In this document: one piece after another, positions 9,841 through 20,335 of the stretch | How positions within the stretch are numbered: the first letter of the stretch is position 1 | Layout: each line of letters begins with the position of its first letter | DNA from: an uncultured Bacilli bacterium | GTDB lineage: Bacteria; Bacillota_I; Bacilli_A; RF39; UBA660 | DNA length: 64,000 nt | Reading direction: 5' to 3' | Assembly: GCA_944363865.1 (NCBI GenBank) | Contig: CALVVN010000024.1 | Coordinates: 9,400 to 73,399, forward strand | Made by a program: the position numbers and the translations under genes | The notes under the pieces: generated by a model | Seen by the model: the letters and a program-made list of their open reading frames with translations, nothing else | What the model was told of the DNA's origin: nothing | The model's database searches: none

Positions 9841-9847
9841 GAATAAA

Positions 9848-11329
9848 ATGAAAGAATTAACAGATCAAGAAATTGTTAGAAGGGAGAAAATGAATGAGTT
9901 CAAAGAAAGAGGAATAAATCCTTTTGGCCAAAGGTATGAAGTAACAGCAACTTCTAAAGAACTTATAGACAAATATAATAATTTAACCAAAGAAGAGTTA
10001 GAACAACTAAATGTTGAAGCACAACTCGCCGGAAGAATAATGACAAAAAGAGTAAAAGGTAAAGCCGGATTTATGCATATACAAGACAAAGAAGGTCAAA
10101 TACAAATATATGTTAAAATAGATAACATTGGCGAAGATATGTATTACATATTCCAAAAAAACGATTTAGGTGATATTGTTGGAATTAAAGGAAAAATAAT
10201 GAAAACACATACAGGTGAACTAAGCATTGAAGCAAAAGAATACACACATTTAACAAAATCATTAAGACCTTTACCAGAAAAATATCATGGACTTCAAGAC
10301 GTTGAAGAGCGCTTTAGAAGAAGATATGTAGACTTAATTATGAATGAAGATGCAAGAAAGATTGCATTTATGAGACCAAAAATAATAAGAAGTATACAAC
10401 AATACTTAGATAATTTAGGATATACAGAGGTAGAAACCCCTATATTAGGTACAATACGTGGTGGTGCAACAGCAAGACCATTTATAACACACCACAACAC
10501 ATTAAATATAGATATGTATTTAAGAATTGCAACTGAGTTACATTTAAAAAGACTAATTGTAGGAGGTATGGATGCAGTATACGAAATTGGAAGACTATTT
10601 AGAAATGAAGGAATGGATAGAAACCATAATCCCGAATTCACAACAATAGAAGTATACAAAGCTTTCTCAGACTTAGAAGGAATGATGGAACTAACAGAAA
10701 ACATTATAAAATATACAATGAATAATGTATTAGGAAAATTATCACTTGAATACAAAGGCCATAGTTTAGACTTTAATAAACCATTTAGAAGAGCAAAAAT
10801 GACAGACTTAATACTAGAAGAAACAGGAATAAACTTTGAAGATAATATTAGTTTAGAAGAAGCAATAAAATTGGCAAATAATCACGGTATAGAAGTTGAA
10901 GCACATTTTGGATACGGACACATAATTGAAGCATTTTTTGAAAAATATTGCGAAGACAAAATTATTGAACCAACATTTATTTATAGTTACCCTATAGAGA
11001 TTAGTCCATTAGCAAAGAAAAACGAGAAAGATCCTAGATTTACTGAACGATTTGAACTATTTATCGTAGGATCAGAATATGCAAATGCATTTACTGAATT
11101 AAACGACCCAATAGATCAAAGAGAAAGATTTGAAGCACAAGTAAAAGAACAAAACTTAGGAAACGATGAAGCAAATGACATGGATGAAGATTATGTTGAA
11201 GCGCTTGAATATGGATTACCACCAACTGGCGGTATGGGAATGGGCATTGACAGATTAGTAATGTTATTAACAGGTTCAGATACTATACGCGAAGTTATAT
11301 TATTCCCACACATGAAAGAAAAAAATTAA
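9848..11329 (+). CDS. lysS: lysyl-tRNA synthetase, class II
   Basis: 493 aa; OB-fold N-domain then class II core; typical LysRS length and motifs ([31 protein letters not shown]). Confidence 0.95.
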   Translation: MKELTDQEIVRREKMNEFKERGINPFGQRYEVTATSKELIDKYNNLTKEELEQLNVEAQLAGRIMTKRVKGKAGFMHIQDKEGQIQIYVKIDNIGEDMYYIFQKNDLGDIVGIKGKIMKTHTGELSIEAKEYTHLTKSLRPLPEKYHGLQDVEERFRRRYVDLIMNEDARKIAFMRPKIIRSIQQYLDNLGYTEVETPILGTIRGGATARPFITHHNTLNIDMYLRIATELHLKRLIVGGMDAVYEIGRLFRNEGMDRNHNPEFTTIEVYKAFSDLEGMMELTENIIKYTMNNVLGKLSLEYKGHSLDFNKPFRRAKMTDLILEETGINFEDNISLEEAIKLANNHGIEVEAHFGYGHIIEAFFEKYCEDKIIEPTFIYSYPIEISPLAKKNEKDPRFTERFELFIVGSEYANAFTELNDPIDQRERFEAQVKEQNLGNDEANDMDEDYVEALEYGLPPTGGMGMGIDRLVMLLTGSDTIREVILFPHMKEKN

Positions 11330-11395
11330 TACTTAAAAGTAATAAAACTTGTAAGTATTGAGCAAAATATTGTATAATTAGATAGGAGGTAATTT

Positions 11396-12802
11396 ATGAA
11401 AAAGAATTGTTTGCTAAAAGTTATAGGAATTGTGGCATTGATTATAATGATTCTAAGTTGGATAATACCAGCAAGCTATTATAGCGGATCAACTGTAATA
11501 GATTTAGGTACTATGCCTGTAGGTATATTTGATATTCTAAGTTATCCATTTTTATCATTCCAATATTTCATACAAACAGTAATATTTTTATTCACAGTTG
11601 GAGCATTGTATGGAGTGTTAGAAAAAACTGGAAAATATAGAAATATACTTGAAAAAATAGTTAAACGTTTAAAAGGAAAGGAACAAATATTTATTGTCAT
11701 TTTGACATTAGTCATAACAGCATTATCAAGCATATTAGGGCTAAACTTAATGCTATTTGTGTTTATACCAGCACTAGTTGCAATAATATTACTAATGGGA
11801 TATGACAAAATAAGTGCATTCCTTATTACAATTGTACCAATGTTTGTAGGTATAATCGGTAGTACATATAGTATATACATTAATGGGTATATAAACCAAG
11901 TAGTTGGAATTACAGACTTTGGTAACGATATGTTATCAAAAATAGCTTTATTAGTTATTAGTTATGTAGTATATATTATGTTTACATTAGCATATACAAA
12001 AAAAGTTAAAAAAGCAAAAATAGAAGAAGAGACAGATAATATTGCTTTTATTGGCGAAAAGAAACAAGTTAAAAAAGCATCTTGGCCAATAATAACAGTA
12101 TTTGCTATTATATTTGTATTATTAATACTAGCACCTACACCATGGACAGATGTATTTAATGTAGAATTTTTTACAAATCTACATGAATCAATTCAAAATT
12201 GGGCTATAGGAGAATACACAATTGGAGCGAATTTACTAGGTTACATAGAAGCATTCGGATCATGGACATATCTTGAAATATCTATGATAGTATTTACTGC
12301 TGCATTAATAATAGGATTTACATATAAACAAAAACTTAGTGAAATAATTGATAACATGTTATATGGATTAGGAAAAATGATTAAACCTGCTCTACTTGTA
12401 ACATTTAGTATGGTTATAATAATTATGACAGCTTATCACCCATTCTATATAACTATAACGGACTATATAATAAATCTTTCAGATAACTTCAATATATTTT
12501 TAACATCACTGATAACAATCATAGGTTCAGTTATGAATGGAGAGATGATATATTTAGCACAGTCATCAATACCACTAATAGCAGGAACATTCCCTGCTAC
12601 AGAAGCCATTAATTCTTTAGCAATAATAACACAATCTTTATATGGACTTACAATGTTCTTTGCACCTACTAGCACAATGTTAGTATTAGGATTAAGTTAT
12701 TTAGATGTTCCATATGGAGAATGGTTAAAAAAGAGTTGGAAACTATTACTCGAATTATTCATAGTAATTGTAGCAATAATAATTATTTCAGTATTAGTTT
12801 AA
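11396..12802 (+). CDS. YfcC-family membrane transporter (putative basic amino-acid antiporter, DcuC-like fold)
   Basis: 468 aa polytopic membrane protein; N-terminus ...WIIPASYYSGSTVIDLGTMPVG resembles YfcC family IPAGeY motif; TGnTATAAT extended -10 in the 66-bp gap after lysS. Confidence 0.45.
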   Translation: MKKNCLLKVIGIVALIIMILSWIIPASYYSGSTVIDLGTMPVGIFDILSYPFLSFQYFIQTVIFLFTVGALYGVLEKTGKYRNILEKIVKRLKGKEQIFIVILTLVITALSSILGLNLMLFVFIPALVAIILLMGYDKISAFLITIVPMFVGIIGSTYSIYINGYINQVVGITDFGNDMLSKIALLVISYVVYIMFTLAYTKKVKKAKIEEETDNIAFIGEKKQVKKASWPIITVFAIIFVLLILAPTPWTDVFNVEFFTNLHESIQNWAIGEYTIGANLLGYIEAFGSWTYLEISMIVFTAALIIGFTYKQKLSEIIDNMLYGLGKMIKPALLVTFSMVIIIMTAYHPFYITITDYIINLSDNFNIFLTSLITIIGSVMNGEMIYLAQSSIPLIAGTFPATEAINSLAIITQSLYGLTMFFAPTSTMLVLGLSYLDVPYGEWLKKSWKLLLELFIVIVAIIIISVLV

Positions 12803-12832
12803 AACAAGATTTACAATAATCTTGTTTTTTTT
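12803..12832 (+). terminator. Rho-independent terminator
   Basis: AACAAGATT-(6 nt)-AATCTTGTT hairpin + 8 T. Confidence 0.7.
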
Positions 12833-12899
12833 ATGCCTTAATAGTTGAATAAAAATTAATAAAATATATCAATATAACATATATAATAAAGGAGGCATA

Positions 12900-15026
12900 A
12901 TGAACTATTCTGAAGAAATAATTAATATTTTAAAAAACAGCGAAAAAGAAGCAACCAAAAATAACAGTGAGTTTATAACTACAGAACATATATTGCTTTC
13001 AATACTTAAATCAAACACTCAGTCCCAAACGATATTTAACAAACATAACATAAATTATGAAGAAGCAAAAAAACTAATTAATAATACCAACAGCAAAAAC
13101 AAAAGTAAATATTACACATTAACTACAAAAAAAATTATTGAAAACTCATTTATAAATACAAAAGATAATAAAACGGAAATTAATTCTATTAATCTTTCTT
13201 TATCAATACTTGATGATAAAAGTTGCAAAGCAAATGCAATAATAGCAAAATTAACAGACAGCTATAATAGCTTATATAAGGATTTTACAAAAGAACTGAT
13301 AAATAATGAAAATAGTATACTTGAAGAATTAGGCACAAATATAAATGAATTAGTTATAAATAATGAGACAGATAAAGTAATAGGAAGAGAAGAAGAAATA
13401 AACAGAATTATAGAAATACTAGCCAGAAAAAACAAAAACAATCCAATATTAATAGGAGAAGCTGGAGTTGGCAAAACTGCTATTGTAGAAGAATTAGCAA
13501 GAAAAATAGTAGATAAAAACGTTCCAGAAACATTTTTAAACAAAAAAATAATATCAATTAATTTAGCCTCAATAATATCCGGAACTAAATATCGTGGTGA
13601 GTTTGAAGAAAAAATGAGTAAAATAATAAAAGAATTAGAAAAAAACGATCAAATAATCTTATTTATTGATGAAATACATACTATAGTTGGTGCAGGCGGT
13701 GCAGAAGGCGCCATAGATGCGTCAAATATATTAAAGCCAATGCTAGCTAGAGGAAAAGCAAAATGTATAGGAGCAACAACAATTAACGAATACAAAAAAA
13801 CAATAGAAAAAGACAAAGCATTAGATAGAAGATTTCAAAAAGTTTATATAAATGAACCAAACGAAGCAGAACTACTAACAATATTAAAAAAAATAAAACA
13901 TGAGTATGAAAAATATCATAAAGTTAAAATACCTGAACAAATAATAAAGCAAATACCTTATTTAAGCAAAAAATACATACACGGAAGAAGTGAACCTGAT
14001 AAAAGCATAGATATACTTGATGAAGTATGCGCTAAGACAGCTTTGTTTTTTAATACTGAAGAAAAACAAAAAATTAATAATAAAATAAATAAATTAAATA
14101 AACAAAAAAACACTTTACTAAGAAAACAAAAATATGCAGATGCTATTACAATAAGCGAAGAAATTAATAATCTCACCGAAAACTTAACTAAACTTAATAA
14201 TCACGAAAAAAAGATTGTCACAGAAGAAATACTAAAATCTGTTTTAGAAAAAAAATCAAACTCAATTATACACGAGTTAAATAATAATTTAGATTACATT
14301 AATAACATCAAACAAAAAATAATGAGCAAAATTATTGGGCAAGACACACAAATATCAGAAATAATTACCATATATAAAAATCATCAAACAAAAAATAATG
14401 ACTTGCCAACACCAATATTAATAGAAGGAAAAACAGGAACAGGTAAAACAGAATTAATTAAACTATTATCAAAATACACGAAAACCAATTTAATAAAAAT
14501 AAATATGAACGAATATAAAAACGAAACAAGTTTAAATAGATTGTTAGGCAGTCCGCAAGGATATGTTGGATACAATGATACTAATACAACATTTGAAGAA
14601 TTAAAATTAAATTCAAACTCAATTATACTTGTTGAAAATATAAATAATGCTCATTATTCAATAAAAGATTTGTTTAAAAGTATAATAGAAGATGGAGAAA
14701 TAAAAAATACAAAAAATGAAAGAATTAATTTTAAAAATAACATAATTATATTTACAAATACAACTGATGACGAAAATACTAAAATAGGTTTTATAAAAAA
14801 ACAAAATGAAGAAGTAGAAAACTATTTAAAAATTGACAACTATATAAAAATGAACAATTTAACAAAAAATGATATATATAAAATAATCAACTTATATTCT
14901 AAAAACTTAGAAAAAACCGACATAGAAAAAATCATTACTGAAAGTAACTATTTACTACAAGGCGCAAATAAAATAAAACAATTAACTGATAAATATAAAA
15001 ATAAAGTATTAACAAAAATTTCATAA
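12900..15026 (+). CDS. clpC: ClpC-like AAA+ chaperone ATPase (Clp_N repeats, D1, UVR-like linker, D2 with degenerate Walker B/sensor-2, IGF-type ClpP loop)
   Basis: 708 aa; Clp_N TTEHILLSIL; D1 Walker A GEAGVGKTAIVEELA, Walker B ILFIDEIHTIVGAG, ALDRRFQKVYINEP; D2 Walker A GKTGTGKTELIKLLS, LLGSPQGYVGY; but D2 Walker B reads IILVENINNAH instead of hhhhDEIEKAH and sensor-2 GAR is GAN; KIGF loop present. Confidence 0.7.
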   Translation: MNYSEEIINILKNSEKEATKNNSEFITTEHILLSILKSNTQSQTIFNKHNINYEEAKKLINNTNSKNKSKYYTLTTKKIIENSFINTKDNKTEINSINLSLSILDDKSCKANAIIAKLTDSYNSLYKDFTKELINNENSILEELGTNINELVINNETDKVIGREEEINRIIEILARKNKNNPILIGEAGVGKTAIVEELARKIVDKNVPETFLNKKIISINLASIISGTKYRGEFEEKMSKIIKELEKNDQIILFIDEIHTIVGAGGAEGAIDASNILKPMLARGKAKCIGATTINEYKKTIEKDKALDRRFQKVYINEPNEAELLTILKKIKHEYEKYHKVKIPEQIIKQIPYLSKKYIHGRSEPDKSIDILDEVCAKTALFFNTEEKQKINNKINKLNKQKNTLLRKQKYADAITISEEINNLTENLTKLNNHEKKIVTEEILKSVLEKKSNSIIHELNNNLDYINNIKQKIMSKIIGQDTQISEIITIYKNHQTKNNDLPTPILIEGKTGTGKTELIKLLSKYTKTNLIKINMNEYKNETSLNRLLGSPQGYVGYNDTNTTFEELKLNSNSIILVENINNAHYSIKDLFKSIIEDGEIKNTKNERINFKNNIIIFTNTTDDENTKIGFIKKQNEEVENYLKIDNYIKMNNLTKNDIYKIINLYSKNLEKTDIEKIITESNYLLQGANKIKQLTDKYKNKVLTKIS

Positions 15027-15079
15027 ATATTACATAAAATCATGATATAATATAAATATATTATGAAAGGAAGAGAAGT

Positions 15080-15748
15080 ATGGATCCATATTTATTAATT
15101 TTTATAGGAATATTAATCATTCCGATAACAGCACAAATAATCATTACCATAAATTATAAAAAATACTCTACTATAAAAAATAGTACAGGAATAACAGGTT
15201 TTGAGGCAGCTAGAAAAATACTTGATGCTAATGGGCTAAAAGATATACACATAGTTGAAACAAAAGGGTATTTAACAGATCATTATGATCCACAGAGAAA
15301 AGTTATACGACTATCTTCACAAGTTTTTCAAACAGATACTATTGCAGCTGTATCAATCGCAGCACATGAATGTGGACACGCAATTCAACACAAAGATGGC
15401 TATGTTTTCATGAAAATAAGAAGTTTTATATTCCCAATAGTTAACTTCGCATCAAAAATAGCATATGTAGTATTACTCATTGGTTTCTTAACATATATAA
15501 CAAACTTAATATGGCTTGGAATAATATTAGTATCATTTGGCGTAATTTTTCAAATAGTTACACTTCCTGTAGAATTTAATGCTTCAAAACGTGCAAAAAT
15601 AGAATTAAAAAAATTAAGCATATTAGTAAATGAAGAAAATGATGGTGCCGAGAAAATATTATTTTCAGCTGCACTTACATATGTAGCGGGATTAATTTCT
15701 AGTTTATTAGAACTGTTAAGATTAATATTGATAGTTAGAGACAACTAA
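15080..15748 (+). CDS. membrane zinc metallopeptidase (YugP/Zn_peptidase_2 family)
   Basis: 222 aa; HECGHAIQH HExxH motif, N- and C-terminal TM helices. Confidence 0.7.
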   Translation: MDPYLLIFIGILIIPITAQIIITINYKKYSTIKNSTGITGFEAARKILDANGLKDIHIVETKGYLTDHYDPQRKVIRLSSQVFQTDTIAAVSIAAHECGHAIQHKDGYVFMKIRSFIFPIVNFASKIAYVVLLIGFLTYITNLIWLGIILVSFGVIFQIVTLPVEFNASKRAKIELKKLSILVNEENDGAEKILFSAALTYVAGLISSLLELLRLILIVRDN

Positions 15749-15778
15749 AAAGAATAGTTACACACTATTCTTTTTTTT
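15747..15778. terminator. bidirectional Rho-independent terminator between Zn-peptidase gene (+) and rpsR (-)
   Basis: AGAATAGT-(5 nt)-ACTATTCT hairpin flanked by A-run upstream and T-run downstream. Confidence 0.6.
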
Positions 15779-15992
15779 ACTTAGTAAATGGAATTAAAGC
15801 AATCTGTCTAGCTCTCTTTATTTGTTTAGCAATATATCTTTGATGCATAGCGCAAGCTCCAGTCATTCTTCTTGGTAATATTTTACCTTGCTCATTTATA
15901 TATTTACTAATAATTTGAACATCTTTATAATCAACATCTTTGCCAGCACACATCTGACAGATTTTCTTTTTTCTTGGATAAAATTCTCCCAT
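15777..15992 (-). CDS. rpsR: 30S ribosomal protein S18
   Basis: 71 aa; ...[33 protein letters not shown]18 signature. Confidence 0.95.
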   Translation of the reverse strand: MGEFYPRKKKICQMCAGKDVDYKDVQIISKYINEQGKILPRRMTGACAMHQRYIAKQIKRARQIALIPFTK

Positions 15993-16004
15993 AAATTCTC
16001 CTTT

Positions 16005-16478
16005 CTAAAAAGGTAAATCATCATCACTTAAAGATACTTCAGTTCCAAAATCCTTGAACGGATCTTCACTTGAAACATCTATTCCTTCTTCAAATGATGG
16101 AGTATCAATCGGCGTTGCACTTGGTATATCAACAAATCCTCCTGATTGCGTTTCATTTCTATCCCTTTTAGTTCCTAAAAACTCAACCGAATCTGCAACA
16201 ACTTCAGAAACATATCTTTTGCTTCCATCTTGTGCATCATAACTACGAGTTTGAAGTCTTCCTTCAATACCAATCAAACTGCCTTTAAAACAATATTTAC
16301 CTATATTTTCAACCGATCTATAAGATACAACGTTTATAAAATCAGCTTCTATAATTCCCTCTTTATTCTTAAAAGGTCTATTTATTGCGACCGTAAAATT
16401 AGCAACAGAATTTCCTGTTCCAATAGTCCTTATTTCAGGATCACGAGTTAGTCTACCAACTAGAATAATTTTATTCAT
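16005..16478 (-). CDS. ssb: single-stranded DNA-binding protein
   Basis: 157 aa; OB-fold N-terminus MNKIILVGRLTRDPEIRT, acidic tail ending DDDLPF. Confidence 0.95.
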   Translation of the reverse strand: MNKIILVGRLTRDPEIRTIGTGNSVANFTVAINRPFKNKEGIIEADFINVVSYRSVENIGKYCFKGSLIGIEGRLQTRSYDAQDGSKRYVSEVVADSVEFLGTKRDRNETQSGGFVDIPSATPIDTPSFEEGIDVSSEDPFKDFGTEVSLSDDDLPF

Positions 16479-16765
16479 TATTCATCCTCCTTAACAATTA
16501 AATGTCTTAGTATCTTTTCATCAATTAAAGCTTTACGATCAAACTCTTTAATAGCTTCAGGAGTAGCTTCAACATTCAATAAATAATAATAACCTCTTAT
16601 TGAATCTTTTATTGGATAAGCAAGTTTCTTTTGCCCCATTTCTTTTGAATTTGTAATATTAGCTTTCATATCCGTTAAAACTTTTTCAAAAGATTTTACT
16701 GTATCACTAATAACTGATTCCTCAAGATCTGCTTTAATAATAAATACTATTTCATATTTATTCAT
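16478..16765 (-). CDS. rpsF: 30S ribosomal protein S6
   Basis: 95 aa; MNKYEIVFIIKADLEE typical S6; rpsF-ssb-rpsR operon. Confidence 0.9.
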   Translation of the reverse strand: MNKYEIVFIIKADLEESVISDTVKSFEKVLTDMKANITNSKEMGQKKLAYPIKDSIRGYYYLLNVEATPEAIKEFDRKALIDEKILRHLIVKEDE

Positions 16766-16878
16766 TACTTCACCTCCTTATGGTCAATGGCTTCCTTTTA
16801 GAAGCAAGGAGCTTTTTGCTCTTCTTGCATATTATAACAAACATAGTATTAAAAGTATATTAAAAAGTATAAAAAAAA

Positions 16879-17520
16879 TTAACATAAAAAGTATAAAAAA
16901 AATGAGTGATAATCATTAATTAAAACTAATTTATCATAATACAAAGCATTTGATAAACTAATATATGGTAAAACAAATATAATCGCAGTTCCAAAAGTGC
17001 ATAATACAACTAAAATCCATCCAGAAAAACTGAGAATAAATTTTAAATAGTTAAACTTATAACCACTTATTAATTCCCGGCTACTTCTTAAAGCATCTAT
17101 AACATCTTTTTCACCATCAGCGAAAACATAATTAACAAATGAATAACATAACATTACAATAACAGCAGGAACTATAAAGAAAAATAAACCAAACATAAAG
17201 AATATCTGAACAATTAAATTGATTATAAATATAGTTATAAAACTTTTATAAAAACAAAAAAAATTACTAATAGCAAAATTATTACCGCGAATTAAATTAA
17301 GCATATAAAACGAAAATCCCACAAAAAGTTGAGACGATATTAATGAAAACAAAATTAAGTATACAATACACTCAGTTAAAACAGAACTAAAATTAATATA
17401 ACTAAATAAAATCTCAAAAACAATTAATATAAATATAATTATCAAAATAGGTTTCCAAATATTCCACACATTATGTTCTAACATTTTTAAAGCTTGCATC
17501 TTTATATTTTTTCTATTCAT
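16879..17520 (-). CDS. polytopic membrane protein (DUF975-like)
   Basis: 213 aa; N-terminus MNRKNIKMQALKMLEHNVWNIWKPIL fits DUF975 pattern, 5-6 TM helices. Confidence 0.35.
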   Translation of the reverse strand: MNRKNIKMQALKMLEHNVWNIWKPILIIIFILIVFEILFSYINFSSVLTECIVYLILFSLISSQLFVGFSFYMLNLIRGNNFAISNFFCFYKSFITIFIINLIVQIFFMFGLFFFIVPAVIVMLCYSFVNYVFADGEKDVIDALRSSRELISGYKFNYLKFILSFSGWILVVLCTFGTAIIFVLPYISLSNALYYDKLVLINDYHSFFLYFLC

Positions 17521-17536
17521 ACTAACACCCGTTTAT

Positions 17537-18631
17537 TTACACATTAAACCTAAAATAGCAAATATCTCCATCTTGCATTTCATAGTCTTTTCCCTCTAGT
17601 CTAGCACGCCCCGCTTCTTTAACCTTTTTTTCATCGCCATATTTAATTAAATCTTCATAACTGATAACCTCAGCACGTATAAAACCTCTCTCAAAATCAG
17701 AATGAATAATACCTGCACATTCAGGCGCTTTCATTCCTGATTTAAAAGTCCAAGCTTTTACTTCGTCAGACCCAGCAGTAAAAAAAGTTCTAAGCCCTAG
17801 TATTTCATAGGTTAATTTAATTAATTGATTTAGACCACTGTCTTCTATTCCAAGTTCATTTAAAAACACTTTTTTCTCTAAATCATTAAATTCAACCAAT
17901 TCACTTTCTATCTTAGCGCACATCAAAACTACTTTAGAATCACCAACATAATTTTGCAATTTATTAACATTAGCATTATTTTTTAAAACTAAATCCATTT
18001 CAGTAACATTAGCAATATAAATTATAGGTTTCAAAGTTATAAAATTAAAAGCTTTAATTATTTTAAGTTCTTCATCAGAAAAATCTATACTACGTAGCGG
18101 TATGTTTTGTACTAAATTATCTCTACATTTATATAACACATCAACTTCAAATAATGATGTTTTATCATTTGACGTTTTTGCTTTCTTTTCAATTTTTAAA
18201 AGCCTATTTTCAACTAATTCCAAGTCACTTATTGCTAATTCAGTATTAATTATCTCTACATCCCTAACAGGATCAATAGAACCATCAACATGTATTATAT
18301 CTTTATCTTCAAAACACCTAACGACATGGATAACAGCATCAACTTCTCTTATATGTGATAAAAACTTATTACCTAACCCTTCACCTTTACTAGCACCTTT
18401 AACAAGACCAGCAATATCTATAAACTCGTATTGAGTAGGAATAGTCCTCTCTGGAACATATATATTTTCTAAAACTCCTAAACGTTCATCTGGAACAGTC
18501 ACAATCCCTAAATTAGGATCAATTGTTGCAAAAGGATAATTAGCAGCCAAAATATTTTGCTTAGTAATAGCATTAAAAAGCGTACTTTTACCAACATTGG
18601 GCATTCCTATAATTCCTGCTTTAAGCGACAT
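17537..18631 (-). CDS. ychF: ribosome-binding ATPase YchF (Obg-family GTPase)
   Basis: 364 aa; GIIGMPNVGKSTLFNAIT G1 motif, TGS C-terminal domain. Confidence 0.95.
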   Translation of the reverse strand: MSLKAGIIGMPNVGKSTLFNAITKQNILAANYPFATIDPNLGIVTVPDERLGVLENIYVPERTIPTQYEFIDIAGLVKGASKGEGLGNKFLSHIREVDAVIHVVRCFEDKDIIHVDGSIDPVRDVEIINTELAISDLELVENRLLKIEKKAKTSNDKTSLFEVDVLYKCRDNLVQNIPLRSIDFSDEELKIIKAFNFITLKPIIYIANVTEMDLVLKNNANVNKLQNYVGDSKVVLMCAKIESELVEFNDLEKKVFLNELGIEDSGLNQLIKLTYEILGLRTFFTAGSDEVKAWTFKSGMKAPECAGIIHSDFERGFIRAEVISYEDLIKYGDEKKVKEAGRARLEGKDYEMQDGDICYFRFNV

Positions 18632-20159
18632 AATTAACTCCCGGCATTGAACCTATACCTAATGGTAGTCCTGTTACGTAGAAACTACTTATTAAAATAA
18701 ACCAAATTACCAAAACAGCCAAACTATATGGTAATGTATATTTTAAACTTCCAAATATAGAAATAGTCCCATTTTTATTATATTTTTCCATAAACGCTAG
18801 ATATATAACGAAGTATGCCATTACTGGTGTAATTCCATTTGCAACGCTAACTCCAGCAACATAAATTATCTGAGCAAACTCTGGACTCAAACTTGCATTC
18901 ATAAATACCGGAATTGTTATACCTGATAATACAGACCATTTTAATGCAATACCAGTTTGAAAAATATGACTTATTATAGATATAACAAATAATAGAATAA
19001 TCAAACCAAAACCAGTCAAATTAACTTCACCAATTACATTAGACAAAAGTGCAGTTAAAACTAATCCGATATTTGATTTTTTTAATATACTAATAAACAT
19101 TGATGCCATAAATATCAAAACCAAAATACTTCCGATTCCATCTAAAGAATGAGATAAACAATCAGAAATATCTTTACCTTTAATAGACTTTGATACAAAA
19201 CCATAAGTAAAACCAACTAAAATAAATAGAAATACAACAATAAATACAAAAGCTTGGCTAAACACAGCATTTGTTCCAAATAGCATATCAATATAATAGT
19301 CACCACTACTATCTAATAAAGCCCCAGAAAAAGGTAAACCTGGAATAATCATGTAAATGATTGCAATAACGTATAAAAATCCAACACCTAAAGATACAAT
19401 TAAACCTCTAAGTTGTCTATTAGTTATCTTAACGTCTTCTAAAGTTTCTATATCATCAAACTCATATTTTCCTAGTTTAGGCATTATATTTTTTTCAGTT
19501 ATTCTGGTAAAAACTATACTTGTAATTATAACAGCTAAAATCATAATCAATAATTGAAAAAACAAGCCAATATCATATTTTGTATCCATAATGTGACTAG
19601 CATTTAAAGTCATTGTTAACAAACTACTATCTATAGCGCTCAAAAATACATTCATTCCATATCCAAATGAAACACCAGCAAAAGCAGCAATTATACCTCC
19701 CAAAGGATTTCTATGTCCATACTTAAACAATAAAGCTCCTAGTGGTAAAAATAAAACATAACCAATATCTCCTACCAAAGTACTTAAAATACTAAATAAA
19801 ATTAATATAAATGTTAACGAATTCTTTTTAAAGTTTTGTGTTATTAAAGTAAAGAAGGTTTTCATAAATCCACTTCTTTCTAAAACACCAATTCCTATTA
19901 AAGTTATAATTAACATTGATAATGGTGCAAAACTAACGAAATCTGTAATAGCAGTAGTAGCAATTTCTTTAATCCCTTCACCACTTAATAAGTTTTCTAC
20001 CTGAACAACATTGTTATTAGATAACTCATTAGTAACAGTATTTACAGTGCTATAATCTGCTTGAACATTAAAGAAAGATAAAATTCCACTTAATAAAATA
20101 GTTATAGCAATAAGTATAATAAACATCAATATTGGATTAAAATGAAACTTAGATTTCAT
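18621..20159 (-). CDS. AbgT/MtrF-family transporter (p-aminobenzoyl-glutamate transporter-like)
   Basis: 512 aa polytopic membrane protein; HRNPLGGIIAAFAGVSFGYGMNV resembles AbgT family HPLAG..AAFAGVSGGFSAN motif. Confidence 0.5.
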   Translation of the reverse strand: MKSKFHFNPILMFIILIAITILLSGILSFFNVQADYSTVNTVTNELSNNNVVQVENLLSGEGIKEIATTAITDFVSFAPLSMLIITLIGIGVLERSGFMKTFFTLITQNFKKNSLTFILILFSILSTLVGDIGYVLFLPLGALLFKYGHRNPLGGIIAAFAGVSFGYGMNVFLSAIDSSLLTMTLNASHIMDTKYDIGLFFQLLIMILAVIITSIVFTRITEKNIMPKLGKYEFDDIETLEDVKITNRQLRGLIVSLGVGFLYVIAIIYMIIPGLPFSGALLDSSGDYYIDMLFGTNAVFSQAFVFIVVFLFILVGFTYGFVSKSIKGKDISDCLSHSLDGIGSILVLIFMASMFISILKKSNIGLVLTALLSNVIGEVNLTGFGLIILLFVISIISHIFQTGIALKWSVLSGITIPVFMNASLSPEFAQIIYVAGVSVANGITPVMAYFVIYLAFMEKYNKNGTISIFGSLKYTLPYSLAVLVIWFILISSFYVTGLPLGIGSMPGVNYVA

Positions 20160-20335
20160 TCAGACACCACCTTCTTCAATCGTTTTTCAAATTTAATTCT
20201 ATCCAGCATAACTACTCGTCCACAATTAATACACTTTAATTTAATATCAACGCCAGTTCTAACTATTTGCCAAAGATTTGTTCCACAAGGATGTGGTTTT
20301 TTCATTATAACTGTATTTCCTTCTTTATAATTCAT
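20156..20335 (-). CDS. DUF951 family small protein (B. subtilis YyzM-like zinc-ribbon protein)
   Basis: 59-aa ORF missed by the ORF track (below cut-off): MNYKEGNTVIMKKPHPCGTNLWQIVRTGVDIKLKCINCGRVVMLDRIKFEKRLKKVVSE; conserved CGtN.W...R.G.D....C..CG pattern; sits between parB and ychF side as in Bacillus; start abuts parB stop, stop overlaps AbgT start (ATGA). Confidence 0.6.
   Translation of the reverse strand: MNYKEGNTVIMKKPHPCGTNLWQIVRTGVDIKLKCINCGRVVMLDRIKFEKRLKKVVSE

Noticed and set aside
20142-20330. 62-aa plus-strand ORF in the parB-AbgT gap
   Set aside because: The same DNA encodes a conserved DUF951 zinc-ribbon protein on the minus strand; the plus-strand ORF is its antisense shadow.
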